From Escherichia phage 6925: a stretch of DNA of 39,100 nucleotides. Shown here in pieces: positions 6,661-16,312 of this stretch (the first letter of the stretch is position 1; each line of letters opens with the position of its first letter). The notes below the pieces were generated by a model that saw nothing but the letters and a program-made list of their open reading frames with translations, was not told the origin of the DNA and ran no database searches. Both the position numbers and the translations under genes were made by a program. The stretch lies in sequence record ON637250.1. One strand, 5' to 3'.

Positions 6661-7775
6661 TGACAACTATTAAAACTAACCCGCACCGCGCTGTAGATTA
6701 CTCTGAGTCAGGAGTTACGAAAGCACTGGCAGCAGCCGGGTCGCTGGAAGCTGAAGTGAAGTATGATGGTGTGCGGCTGAACCTCCCGGTCTTCCCTACT
6801 GGTGAGACACAATGGTTGAGCCGTGAGTCTAAACCTCTCCCAGCCCTTGAGTGGCTGTCAGTCCTTACCAACATCGACAACATCGTCAGGAACCAGCAAA
6901 AAGCTAGCGACTGGCGGTGGTTCCTGAAGCAGGCTGGCTACGAAGGCACTGGCCTGATGATTGACGGTGAGGTCATGGTAAAAGGAGTGGACTTCAATAC
7001 GTCTTCAGGTCTAGTCCGTACCATGTGGTCAGACACTAAGAACTACGCTTGGAATGGCAACCCAGATGCTGACATCGACACCAAGAAGAAGCATAAGGTC
7101 CCTTTCCATCTGGCAACCGACTACATACGCGTGGTTGTCTACGGTATCGTGGACCTTAACGTCATCCTTGACCCGAAATCCGAAGGTCCTATCCATAGCG
7201 TCACACGCCTGAAGGCCGAAGCTATCGTCCCTCTCCTCCAGAAATACTTCCCGGAAATCGACTGGGTTCTGTCTGAGTCACACACGGTCTATGACCTTGA
7301 GTCGCTCAACTCCCTGTACGAAGAGAAGCGTCTGGAAGGACACGAGGGTCTGGTAGTCAAGGACCCGCTTGGTAAATACAAGCGAGGCAAGAAGTCTGGC
7401 ATGTGGAAAATGAAGCCTGAGGAGACCATCGACGGGACCGTGTGTGGCCTCGTGTGGGGGACTCCGGGTAAGGCTAACGAAGGTAAGATCATCGGCTTTG
7501 AGGTTCTACTGGAGGATGGCATGGTGGTCAACGCCTGCGGTCTGTCTGAAGAACAGAAGGACTGGTTTACGGCTAAGGTCAAGGAGGACACGCTTGCTGC
7601 GGTTGGCATCTTTGCGCCGTACGGCATTGGTGGTAACGAACCTTGCTTCGATAACCAATACGAAGGCTGGCAGTGTGAAGTCCTCTTCATGGAGAGGTTC
7701 CCTGATGGCTCCCTTCGTCACCCCAGCTTCAAGTGCTGGCGTGGAACCGAAGACAACCCAACGGTGAAGTCATGA
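6660..7775 (+). CDS. 1.3: ATP-dependent DNA ligase
   Basis: 371 aa with the KYDGVR adenylation motif; collinear with T7 ligase (IKTNP..., EGHEGLVVKDP, KSGMWKMKPE, DGSLRHPSF). Confidence 0.95.
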   Translation: MTTIKTNPHRAVDYSESGVTKALAAAGSLEAEVKYDGVRLNLPVFPTGETQWLSRESKPLPALEWLSVLTNIDNIVRNQQKASDWRWFLKQAGYEGTGLMIDGEVMVKGVDFNTSSGLVRTMWSDTKNYAWNGNPDADIDTKKKHKVPFHLATDYIRVVVYGIVDLNVILDPKSEGPIHSVTRLKAEAIVPLLQKYFPEIDWVLSESHTVYDLESLNSLYEEKRLEGHEGLVVKDPLGKYKRGKKSGMWKMKPEETIDGTVCGLVWGTPGKANEGKIIGFEVLLEDGMVVNACGLSEEQKDWFTAKVKEDTLAAVGIFAPYGIGGNEPCFDNQYEGWQCEVLFMERFPDGSLRHPSFKCWRGTEDNPTVKS

Positions 7776-7951
7776 GTACACAACTTTATATCAACATAGC
7801 AAGTGGTCAACTCTACGCTGTGGTAAATGGCGAGCTGTGGTATCGTAAACTCAAGAAGTGGGCCAAGTCCTACTACGATGAAGAGACAATATCAACCATG
7901 AGTCATCGCTACCGTAAGGCTGCTAAGGTGAACAACTTTAAGATGCGTTAA
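7772..7951 (+). CDS. Hypothetical protein (59 aa), start overlapping the ligase stop (ATGA)
   Basis: In-frame ATG at 7772 inside track ORF 7733..7951; MSTQLYINIASGQLYAVVNGELWYRKLKKW... Confidence 0.45.
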   Translation: MSTQLYINIASGQLYAVVNGELWYRKLKKWAKSYYDEETISTMSHRYRKAAKVNNFKMR

Positions 7952-7955
7952 CGTC

Positions 7956-7990
7956 AACCCAGTGGTCTTATGACTGCTGGGTTTCTTTGC
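7956..7990 (+). terminator. Candidate early (host RNAP) terminator, TE-like hairpin
   Basis: Stem AACCCAGT/GCTGGGTT (7956-7963 with 7976-7983) followed by TTTCTTTG; position is analogous to T7 TE. The U-run is interrupted. Confidence 0.35.
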
Positions 7991-8010
7991 GTACGGGCCA
8001 CCAGCTAGAC

Positions 8011-8033
8011 CCTAAGCTATCACTATAGGACAA
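8011..8033 (+). promoter_or_regulatory. Phage RNAP promoter
   Basis: CCTAAGCTATCACTATA|GGACAA; +1 at 8028. Confidence 0.7.
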
Positions 8034-8059
8034 CCCTAACCGACCAAAGGAGAAACCTT

Positions 8060-8314
8060 ATGTCTAAAAACTTAATGTTCAACCGATTTACTCGAAGCTT
8101 CCACCTGTCGCATAGCCCATTCAGCTTCCATAAATCTAATCAACCATTACCCAGCTTTGGTAAGACAGTGGCTCTGTCTCCCACAGTTCATGCGCTAGTC
8201 ACCCGCAAGTCTATGCTGAAGGCTATGGATAAAGAACAAGTCGATGTACCTGTGGTCGTTACAAAATGGCCTCGCATTAAGCTGGCCCTTCTGGTAATTA
8301 AGGAGGTGTTTTGA
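8060..8314 (+). CDS. Gene 1.6-like hypothetical protein (84 aa)
   Basis: RBS AAAGGAGAAA. The C-terminal ...LLVIKEVF resembles a T7 class II small protein as I recall it; which T7 gene is uncertain. Confidence 0.5.
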   Translation: MSKNLMFNRFTRSFHLSHSPFSFHKSNQPLPSFGKTVALSPTVHALVTRKSMLKAMDKEQVDVPVVVTKWPRIKLALLVIKEVF

Positions 8315-8652
8315 TGGCATATTGTGATAGCACCACATACTGTGAAGCATGTAATGGTGATGACCGCTTCCCACACGTTGGTAAACTTGTAGGTAACAAG
8401 CTGCAAGAAATTGATGGTGTACGCAAGCCATCCCACTATCAGGTCTTTGATGGCGTGGAATCCATTGAGATTATCGCACGGTCAATGACTGTGAGTGAGT
8501 TCCGTGGGTTCTGCATGGGTAACGTCCTGAAGTATCGACTCCGGGCTGGTAAGAAGTCAGAGCTGGCAACTATGGAGAAGGACCTGAACAAAGCAGCCTT
8601 CTATCAGGAGCTGTTCGACCTGCATAAAGGTAAGTGCTATGCTTCCGAGTGA
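8311..8652 (+). CDS. 1.7: Gene 1.7-like protein (nucleotide kinase family), N-terminally shorter than T7 gp1.7
   Basis: KPSHYQVFDGVESIEIIARSMTVSEFRGFCMGNVLKYRLRAGKKSELATMEKDLNKAAFYQELFDLHKGKCYA aligns with the T7 gp1.7 C-terminal half as recalled. 113 aa versus 196 aa in T7. Confidence 0.8.
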   Translation: MMAYCDSTTYCEACNGDDRFPHVGKLVGNKLQEIDGVRKPSHYQVFDGVESIEIIARSMTVSEFRGFCMGNVLKYRLRAGKKSELATMEKDLNKAAFYQELFDLHKGKCYASE

Positions 8653-8662
8653 GTGGTGTGAA

Positions 8663-8734
8663 ATGATGTTCGAGAAGACAGGTAACACTGACTACCTTGA
8701 ATTGTATAACCAGTGGAAGGAGCGCGGTTTATGA
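8663..8734 (+). CDS. Possible mini-ORF (23 aa) coupled to gene 2
   Basis: ATG-ATG start; stop overlaps the gene 2 ATG (ATGA). No other support. Confidence 0.2.
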   Translation: MMFEKTGNTDYLELYNQWKERGL

Positions 8735-8889
8735 CTGAGGTTGAGAAGAAATACATCGTGGAGCTTGAGGGTCGCGTTCAGTCCTTCGAGGTTCCGTTGT
8801 ACGCAAAGTCTCTTGAAGAGGCTACCCTGAAGTCCCAAGAGTATGAGGACGCTGGGTTTATGGTCGGACGGATTCGTCCTGAGACCTAA
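8731..8889 (+). CDS. 2: gp2-like inhibitor of host RNA polymerase (52 aa)
   Basis: Own translation: [52 protein letters not shown]. The SFEVPLYA and AGF-V-R-RP blocks match T7 gp2 as recalled. Below the 60-aa track cutoff. Confidence 0.7.
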   Translation: MTEVEKKYIVELEGRVQSFEVPLYAKSLEEATLKSQEYEDAGFMVGRIRPET

Positions 8890-8907
8890 ACTATCACTGT
8901 AGGACAG
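8885..8907 (+). promoter_or_regulatory. Phage RNAP promoter (phi2.5-like), variant core CACTGTA
   Basis: CCTAAACTATCACTGTA|GGACAG, one mismatch at -2; overlaps the gene 2 stop. Confidence 0.55.
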
Positions 8908-8946
8908 ACGTCCAGTTCGTAACTTTAAATTAGGAGATTTACACCG

Positions 8947-9636
8947 ATGGCTAAAGAGCAACTGAAGACTTTCACCACTCCGGTAGCTGGTATCGTTGAG
9001 CCTTACGCATGGCTGAACAAAGCAGACACCAAGTTTAATGAGCGTGGTGAGCATAAGGTTAACCTGACGTTCGACCTGAGCGACCCGAAGGTCCGTAAGA
9101 TGATTGATGTCTTACAGAAGATTCACGACGATGCGTATGCGAAAGCACTCGCAGACCACGAGAAGAACCCACCTCAGGTTCAGCGTGGCAAGAAGCCTAT
9201 TGAACCACGTGAAGGCGACATGCCGTGGATTGAGAATGGTGACGGTACTGTTACCCTTAAGTTTAAATGCTTTGCGTCTTACCTGAAAGACGGCAAGTCC
9301 GAGCCTATCGTATTACGGTTCTACGACACCGATGCTAAACTCATCCGTGACGTCCCGAATATCTGCGCTGGGTCTAAGCTGAAGGTCAAGTTTAAAGTCC
9401 TGCCGTTCAAGTGGAACGCTGCGACTGGTGCAAGCGTTAAGCTTCAGCTTGAGTCCTGCCTTCTGGTAGAACTGAAGGAGTGGAAAGGTGATGGTGGCGA
9501 TGGTGGCTGGGGTGATGATGAAGACCTCGGTACTGGTTACAAAGCGTCAACCGTTGGTGACTTCGGTGGTGATGACTTCGGTGACGATGGTTCCGAAGGT
9601 GGTGACGATGATTACGAAGGCGATTACAACTTCTAA
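8947..9636 (+). CDS. 2.5: Single-stranded DNA-binding protein
   Basis: 229 aa, collinear with T7 gp2.5 (GDMPW, KFKC, SKLKVKFKVLPFKWN, VKLQLES), with an acidic C-terminal tail ending in F. Confidence 0.93.
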   Translation: MAKEQLKTFTTPVAGIVEPYAWLNKADTKFNERGEHKVNLTFDLSDPKVRKMIDVLQKIHDDAYAKALADHEKNPPQVQRGKKPIEPREGDMPWIENGDGTVTLKFKCFASYLKDGKSEPIVLRFYDTDAKLIRDVPNICAGSKLKVKFKVLPFKWNAATGASVKLQLESCLLVELKEWKGDGGDGGWGDDEDLGTGYKASTVGDFGGDDFGDDGSEGGDDDYEGDYNF

Positions 9637-10088
9637 TGGCCCAATGGTCTGCAAAACGGGGGCACTCTGTGGGTGCCTACCGCTCTGGACTTGAAGCCAA
9701 GAACCAGCAGTGGCTGGAACAGAACGGCGTCAAAGCGGAGTACGAAAGCCATTATATCAACTATGTGATTCCGGCTTCCGACCACAAGTACACACCAGAT
9801 TTTATCCTTCCTAACGGTATCATCGTGGAGACCAAAGGTATCTTCGATAGTGATGACCGTAAGAAGCACCTTCTGGTACGAGAACAGCACCCAGAGTTAG
9901 ACATCCGGTTCGTGTTCTCAAGTTCACGCTCCAAGTTATACAAAGGGTCTCCAACCACGTATGGCGCATGGTGCGAAAAGAACGGCTATAAGTATGCCGA
10001 TAAATTCATCCCGGTTGAGTGGCTTCGAGAGGCGACTGTACGTCTGCCTTCAGGTATACTCATCCCCAAGAAGAAAGGAGTTAAGTGA
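9636..10088 (+). CDS. 3: Endonuclease I (Holliday junction resolvase)
   Basis: 150 aa; YTPDFILPNGIIVETKG, DDRKKHLLVREQHPELDIRFVFSSSRSKLYKGSPTTYG match T7 endonuclease I. Confidence 0.93.
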   Translation: MAQWSAKRGHSVGAYRSGLEAKNQQWLEQNGVKAEYESHYINYVIPASDHKYTPDFILPNGIIVETKGIFDSDDRKKHLLVREQHPELDIRFVFSSSRSKLYKGSPTTYGAWCEKNGYKYADKFIPVEWLREATVRLPSGILIPKKKGVK

Positions 10089-10579
10089 TGAGCAAGAAGT
10101 TTAAACTGTTAGTAGATGCGCATGGCTGGCCTAGTGGGACTATAGTTACCAAGTGTGAGAATGACCCCGTACCAGATTCAAGAATGACCCTAGTTGAGTG
10201 CCAGACTCCAGGCGCATACAAACATGGGTCTAACGGCTGCAATACTCAGCCTGAGGGTATGTGGGGAGCATGGGTCCTTAATTGGAAACTTGAGGAAATC
10301 AAGCCGGAAGAGAAACTCACTGGTGTCCAAACCACTCAAGTCCTGCCAGCTTCGAGCGTACCGCCTGTGACTTTGAAGCGTGAAGTCCTGACCATCGACA
10401 AGATTGGTGTAGGCCAGACGTTCATCGTCCATGGAAAGCCTGAAGAAGTTTACGTGAAGATTAGCAACTCACACGTCTTCAACCATAAGCATCTCCAGAT
10501 GCACACCACGGACGCACAACGCTTCACCCAGCACCTGAATCTGGTTGTCGTAGAATTGGTGGTGTACAATGGTAAGTAA
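10085..10579 (+). CDS. Hypothetical protein (164 aa) between endonuclease I and the amidase; no T7 counterpart recognised
   Basis: RBS AAAGGAG. Starts GTG at 10085 or ATG at 10088, overlapping the endonuclease I stop. Confidence 0.55.
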   Translation: MMSKKFKLLVDAHGWPSGTIVTKCENDPVPDSRMTLVECQTPGAYKHGSNGCNTQPEGMWGAWVLNWKLEEIKPEEKLTGVQTTQVLPASSVPPVTLKREVLTIDKIGVGQTFIVHGKPEEVYVKISNSHVFNHKHLQMHTTDAQRFTQHLNLVVVELVVYNGK

Positions 10580-11027
10580 GGTACAGTTCAATCCACGGTC
10601 CCGGACCGACGCTATCTTCGTACACTGTTCGGCTACCAAGCCAGAGATGGACATCGGGGTAGAGACCATCCGTATGTGGCACAAGCAGCAAGGCTGGCTG
10701 GACGTAGGATACCACTTCATCATCAAGCGCGATGGCACTGTGGAAGAGGGACGCCCGGTCAATGTCGTAGGGTCACACGTTAAGGACTGGAACTCACGGT
10801 CTGTAGGCGTCTGCCTTGTAGGTGGAATTGACGCTAAGGGCAAGTTTGAAGCTAACTTCACTCCGGCCCAGATGAACTCCCTGCGCAACAAGCTGGCTGA
10901 CCTGAAAGTCCTGTATCCTCAGGCAGAAATCAAAGCACACCATGACGTAGCACCTAAGGCGTGTCCAAGTTTTGACTTGCAACGCTGGCTGTCTACCAAC
11001 GAACTTGTCACTTCAGACCGTGGTTAA
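10569..11027 (+). CDS. 3.5: N-acetylmuramoyl-L-alanine amidase (T7 lysozyme, RNAP inhibitor)
   Basis: 152 aa; DAIFVHCSATKP, WLDVGYHFIIKRDGTVEEGR, GVCLVGGID, HHDVAPKACPSFDL and C-terminal NELVTSDRG match T7 gp3.5. Confidence 0.95.
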   Translation: MVSKVQFNPRSRTDAIFVHCSATKPEMDIGVETIRMWHKQQGWLDVGYHFIIKRDGTVEEGRPVNVVGSHVKDWNSRSVGVCLVGGIDAKGKFEANFTPAQMNSLRNKLADLKVLYPQAEIKAHHDVAPKACPSFDLQRWLSTNELVTSDRG

Positions 11028-11051
11028 TAAACTCTAATGGAGAACAGCTCA

Positions 11052-11267
11052 ATGATTAAACTTATCGAATTTCTTGGTCGTCTGGTGGTGCGTGGCTATC
11101 GTCGTGCTGCAGTACTGGAACGAAAGGTAGAAAAGAAGACTGCTGACGGTGCGGCTGATGCTGCTGCGCTGGCTGACAAGCTGACCATCGCATCACTGGA
11201 AGCTGGCATGAAGGCGCGTCAAGCTGATACCAAAGCTGACCAGTTGGCTCAGTTCTTCAAAGCCTAA
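11052..11267 (+). CDS. Hypothetical protein, predicted helical (about 71 aa); alternative start at 11037
   Basis: GGAGA sits 9 nt before the ATG at 11052; Ala- and Lys-rich sequence. Confidence 0.45.
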   Translation: MIKLIEFLGRLVVRGYRRAAVLERKVEKKTADGAADAAALADKLTIASLEAGMKARQADTKADQLAQFFKA

Positions 11268-11285
11268 ACTATCACCTTAGGGATG
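11263..11285 (+). promoter_or_regulatory. Possible weak or variant phage promoter (phi4-like), core CACCTTA
   Basis: CCTAAACTATCACCTTA|GGGATG: the upstream half is exact, with two mismatches at -4/-3. Confidence 0.35.
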
Positions 11286-11332
11286 GGACTATGAGTCCTG
11301 TCCCTTTGTGCGCATTATTGATTAAGGAGTGA

Positions 11333-13036
<1,704 letters not shown>

Positions 13037-13047
13037 GGAGGAGTACA

Positions 13048-13212
13048 TTGCTAAGAAAACTTAAAGCTCGCTACCATCGGTTCATGTACAAATGGTGGAG
13101 TGATGAAGCAACCTGCCTGTCCAACATTCTTGGAGACCAGCGGTTCAACTCTGAGGCATGGAAGAAAGCTAACCGGAAGTTCATGTATCACTTCTTGCGT
13201 ACAGACTTCTAG
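13048..13212 (+). CDS. Hypothetical small basic protein (about 54 aa), putative TTG start
   Basis: AAGGAGGA sits 5 nt before the TTG at 13048; the track ORF 13015..13212 begins inside gene 4. Confidence 0.4.
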   Translation: MLRKLKARYHRFMYKWWSDEATCLSNILGDQRFNSEAWKKANRKFMYHFLRTDF

Positions 13213-13258
13213 GTCTAGACTCAAGGTCATTCACATAGAGTGGCCTTTATGATTAGAC
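13213..13258 (+). promoter_or_regulatory. RNase III-like processing site before the DNA polymerase gene
   Basis: TAGACTCAAGGTCATTCACATAGAGTGGCCTTTATGATTAGA, same family as 6148 and 36093. Confidence 0.55.
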
Positions 13259-13275
13259 TAAACGGAGGATTAACC

Positions 13276-15447
13276 ATGTTTGACCTTAAGAGTATCTGGG
13301 GTTCTGACATCGAGACCAACGGTCTCCTTGATACAGTCTCCCAGTTTCACTGTGGGGTCCTGATTAACGCCGAGTCGAATGAGACCCTTAAGTATGGGGT
13401 AGCTCCGATGGTCGGTATCGTCGGTGGCTTCAAAGAGTATGTGCAGAAGGTGGAAGATATTGCCGCATCACCTGATGGTATGCTGATATTCCACAACGGT
13501 ATCAACTATGACGTCCCGGCTATTGACAAGCTGAAGCGTCTGTACTTCGGGAAACGCTTTAACTTCCCGAAACACAAGATGATTGATACCTTGGTGCTGG
13601 GTCGCTTGATGTATCCCAACATTAAGTTCTCAGACATGGGAGCGGTGAAAGCTGGTCGTCTGCCTCCTAAGATGATGGGACGCCAGTCTCTTGAGGCTTG
13701 GGGTTATCGTCTCGGTGAGATGAAGGGTGAGTACAAACACGATTACGTTGCCAAGTGCAAGGCAGAAGGTATCGAATATAAGGCTGGGGACGAATGGTTG
13801 TTCCCGTCTCAGGAGATGCTGGACTATAACGTTCAGGACGTTGTGGTCACACTGGCGTTGTTCAAGAAGTTCCTGACTGACAAGTATTACTTCCAGTCTG
13901 AACAGTTCGCTTTCGACCAGATTTATGCGTTGCGTCTGGAACATGATGCTGCGTGGACCTGTGCGAAGATGGAACGTAATGGCTATCCGATGAACACCGA
14001 GATGGTCGAAGGCTTATATCGTGAACTCACCGTCAAACGTGCAGAGTTGTTGGACAAGCTGCGTTCGACTTTCGGTAGCTGGTACGCACCAAAGGGAGGC
14101 AAGGAGTTCTTCAAGCACCCACGGACTGGCAAGGACCTTCCGAAGTATCCGCGAGTCGTGTACCCTAAGGTCGGGTCAGTATTCAAGAAGCCGAAGAACA
14201 AAGCTCAACGCTTAGGTCTGGAACCTTGCGAGTTCGACTCACGAGACACGATGAAGGGAGCACCGTTCACACCTATCACTTACGTTGAGTTTAATCCGGG
14301 AAGCGGAGACCACTTAGCGAAAGTCCTGATGGAGCGTGGCTGGGAGCCTGTGGACTTCACTGACACCGGGAAACCTGTAGTCGATGACGAGACGTTAGAA
14401 CACGTTAAGTTACCAGACGCAGAGGCTCAGGCTTGCGTAGAGCTGGTCCGTGAGTATCTGGTAGTCCAGAAGAGAATCGGGCAGGCTGCTGAAGGTAAGA
14501 ACGCTTGGTTGAAACTTGTAGGTCCAGACGGACGTATGCACGGTTCAATCAACCCATGTGGTGCAGTAACCGGACGTGCGACTCATAGTTCACCAAACAT
14601 GGCTCAGGTCCCGGCTAACGGTGCTCCATACGGTGAGACTTGCCGTGGTGCTTTCGGTGCAGCGTGGAACAAGAAGGACGGTAAGCCAGACCCTTGGATT
14701 CAAGTAGGTGTGGATGCCTCAGGTCTTGAGCTTCGTTGTCTTGGGAACAGAGCGGCTCCGTTTGATGGTGGTGCCTATGCGAAGACTGTGGTCGAAGGTG
14801 ACATCCACTGGGCCAACGCAGTAAACGCTGGGTTAGCACCTAACGTCCAACGCGATAAGTCTAACCACGACCATGAGGCTTTCCGTAACAACGCTAAGAC
14901 GTTCATCTACGCGTTCCTGTATGGTGCAGGGGCCGCTAAGATTGGACTGATAGTAGGCGGTGGTAAGAAGGAAGGTTCAGCGCTCATGAAGAAATTCATT
15001 GAGGGTACACCAGCTATCAAGGACCTCAGGGAAGCTGTGCAGAACACGCTCATCTCTGAGTCCAAATGGGTAGACGGTGAGAACATCGTGAAGTGGAAAC
15101 GCCGCTGGCTGAAAGGTCTGGACGGTCGACGCATCCACATCCGGTCGCCACACTCAGCACTGAACGCCTTACTTCAAGGTGATGGTGCGGTAGTCTGTAA
15201 GCACTGGATTGTTGAGACTGAACGTATGCTTGAAGCCGAAGGATATGTCCACGGCTGGGATGGAGACTTTGCGTACATGGCATGGGTGCACGATGAGCTA
15301 CAAATTGCCTGTAAAAACAAGGACTTAGCAGAACGCGTAGTAGAAATTGCTCAACTTGCTATGCGTAAGGTTGGTGAGTTCTATAACTTTAAATGTGTGT
15401 TAGACACGGAGGGTAAAATTGGACCAACGTGGAAAGAATGCCATTGA
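13276..15447 (+). CDS. 5: DNA polymerase (family A, T7 gp5-like)
   Basis: ATG at 13276 after GGAGGA. DIETNGL exonuclease motif; FHNG..YDVPA, SLEAWGYRLGEMKGEYK and the C-terminal HDELQ and GPTWKECH are collinear with T7 gp5. Confidence 0.96.
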   Translation: MFDLKSIWGSDIETNGLLDTVSQFHCGVLINAESNETLKYGVAPMVGIVGGFKEYVQKVEDIAASPDGMLIFHNGINYDVPAIDKLKRLYFGKRFNFPKHKMIDTLVLGRLMYPNIKFSDMGAVKAGRLPPKMMGRQSLEAWGYRLGEMKGEYKHDYVAKCKAEGIEYKAGDEWLFPSQEMLDYNVQDVVVTLALFKKFLTDKYYFQSEQFAFDQIYALRLEHDAAWTCAKMERNGYPMNTEMVEGLYRELTVKRAELLDKLRSTFGSWYAPKGGKEFFKHPRTGKDLPKYPRVVYPKVGSVFKKPKNKAQRLGLEPCEFDSRDTMKGAPFTPITYVEFNPGSGDHLAKVLMERGWEPVDFTDTGKPVVDDETLEHVKLPDAEAQACVELVREYLVVQKRIGQAAEGKNAWLKLVGPDGRMHGSINPCGAVTGRATHSSPNMAQVPANGAPYGETCRGAFGAAWNKKDGKPDPWIQVGVDASGLELRCLGNRAAPFDGGAYAKTVVEGDIHWANAVNAGLAPNVQRDKSNHDHEAFRNNAKTFIYAFLYGAGAAKIGLIVGGGKKEGSALMKKFIEGTPAIKDLREAVQNTLISESKWVDGENIVKWKRRWLKGLDGRRIHIRSPHSALNALLQGDGAVVCKHWIVETERMLEAEGYVHGWDGDFAYMAWVHDELQIACKNKDLAERVVEIAQLAMRKVGEFYNFKCVLDTEGKIGPTWKECH

Positions 15448-15835
15448 CGGAAAGTCCCTGCATTATACAGGTGCTGCGAGCGAGTTGTATGCGAGCTACC
15501 GACTGACGGCTATGGGACACCAAGTCTTCCTACCTGCGTTCACCCAGTCCAAAGCGGACTTAGTGGTGGATATCAACGGGACCCTTATGAGGGTTCAGGT
15601 GAAAACTGGGACCAAGCTGAAGAACTGTAATAGCATTCAGGTCCGGCTTGGTGGGTGCGGTAAGCCAACTTACAGTCCTGGAGACATCGACCTACTAGCG
15701 GTTGTCTATCAGGATTTGCTCTGGCTTATACCGTTCACTGAAGAGGTTAGAGTCAAGACCTCTATGTGTATAAACTTAACGTCTGACAAGAAGTACGGAC
15801 AATTTAAACAGGAGAAGACTAATGGCTATTACTAA
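15419..15835 (+). CDS. Hypothetical protein (138 aa) with a PD-(D/E)xK-like motif arrangement; TTG start overlapping the DNAP 3' end
   Basis: GGAGGG sits 5 nt before the TTG at 15419. Candidate catalytic residues are E in SELYASYRL, D in ADLVVD and Q-V-K in RVQVK. Function inferred only. Confidence 0.45.
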   Translation: MDQRGKNAIDGKSLHYTGAASELYASYRLTAMGHQVFLPAFTQSKADLVVDINGTLMRVQVKTGTKLKNCNSIQVRLGGCGKPTYSPGDIDLLAVVYQDLLWLIPFTEEVRVKTSMCINLTSDKKYGQFKQEKTNGYY

Positions 15836-16106
15836 ACGTATTCGTGTGAGTTTTGATCTGAAGATGGTTGTTAACTCAAAGGAAGAAGATACCATGTGTC
15901 GCCAACTGGCTGAGATGACTAAAGCCTACGCTGAGGGTGAGGAGCTGGATGGTCTTCAGTTGGCTATGGTAAAAACCGCAATCGAGTCAGGCCCTGAGTC
16001 TGCCCTTGAAATTGCCCTCAAGAAGACCATCAAGGAGGAGCTGGTAGACGACTTTGGTTATGGCCAGTTCGGAGTATCTAACCTGCGATTCGAGGTCAAG
16101 CAATGA
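15822..16106 (+). CDS. 5.5: gp5.5-like protein
   Basis: N-terminus MAITKRIRVSFDL matches T7 gp5.5 (MAMTKKFKVSFDV) as recalled. RBS CAGGAGAAG. Confidence 0.7.
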   Translation: MAITKRIRVSFDLKMVVNSKEEDTMCRQLAEMTKAYAEGEELDGLQLAMVKTAIESGPESALEIALKKTIKEELVDDFGYGQFGVSNLRFEVKQ

Positions 16107-16312
16107 GTGAATACTTACGGGTCCTAGCGGCCCTTAAGTCCTGCCCGAAGACCTTCCAGTCCAACTACGTGCGCAACAATGCGGCACTGGTGGCTGAGGC
16201 TGCGAGTCGTGGACATCTGAGCTGTCTGTCTATGGACGGGCGTAACAACGGTGCGTGGGAGATTACCGCTGCTGGCACCAAGTTCCTGAACCAACATGGA
16301 GGATGCCTGTGA
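16103..16312 (+). CDS. 5.7: gp5.7-like protein
   Basis: MSEYLRVL..LK.CP.TFQSNYVRNNA.LVAEAASRGH.SCL...GRN.GAWEITA.GT.FL...GGC matches T7 gp5.7 as recalled. Confidence 0.75.
   Translation: MSEYLRVLAALKSCPKTFQSNYVRNNAALVAEAASRGHLSCLSMDGRNNGAWEITAAGTKFLNQHGGCL

Noticed and set aside
7444-7767. 107-aa + strand ORF in an alternative frame inside the ligase gene
   Set aside because: Embedded in the conserved ligase coding sequence, Arg/Leu-rich as expected for an off-frame read of GC-rich codons; no RBS.
8692-9054. 120-aa minus-strand ORF
   Set aside because: It is antisense to the gp2 and SSB genes and the phi2.5-like promoter. T7-like genomes are transcribed entirely rightward, so this is not credible.
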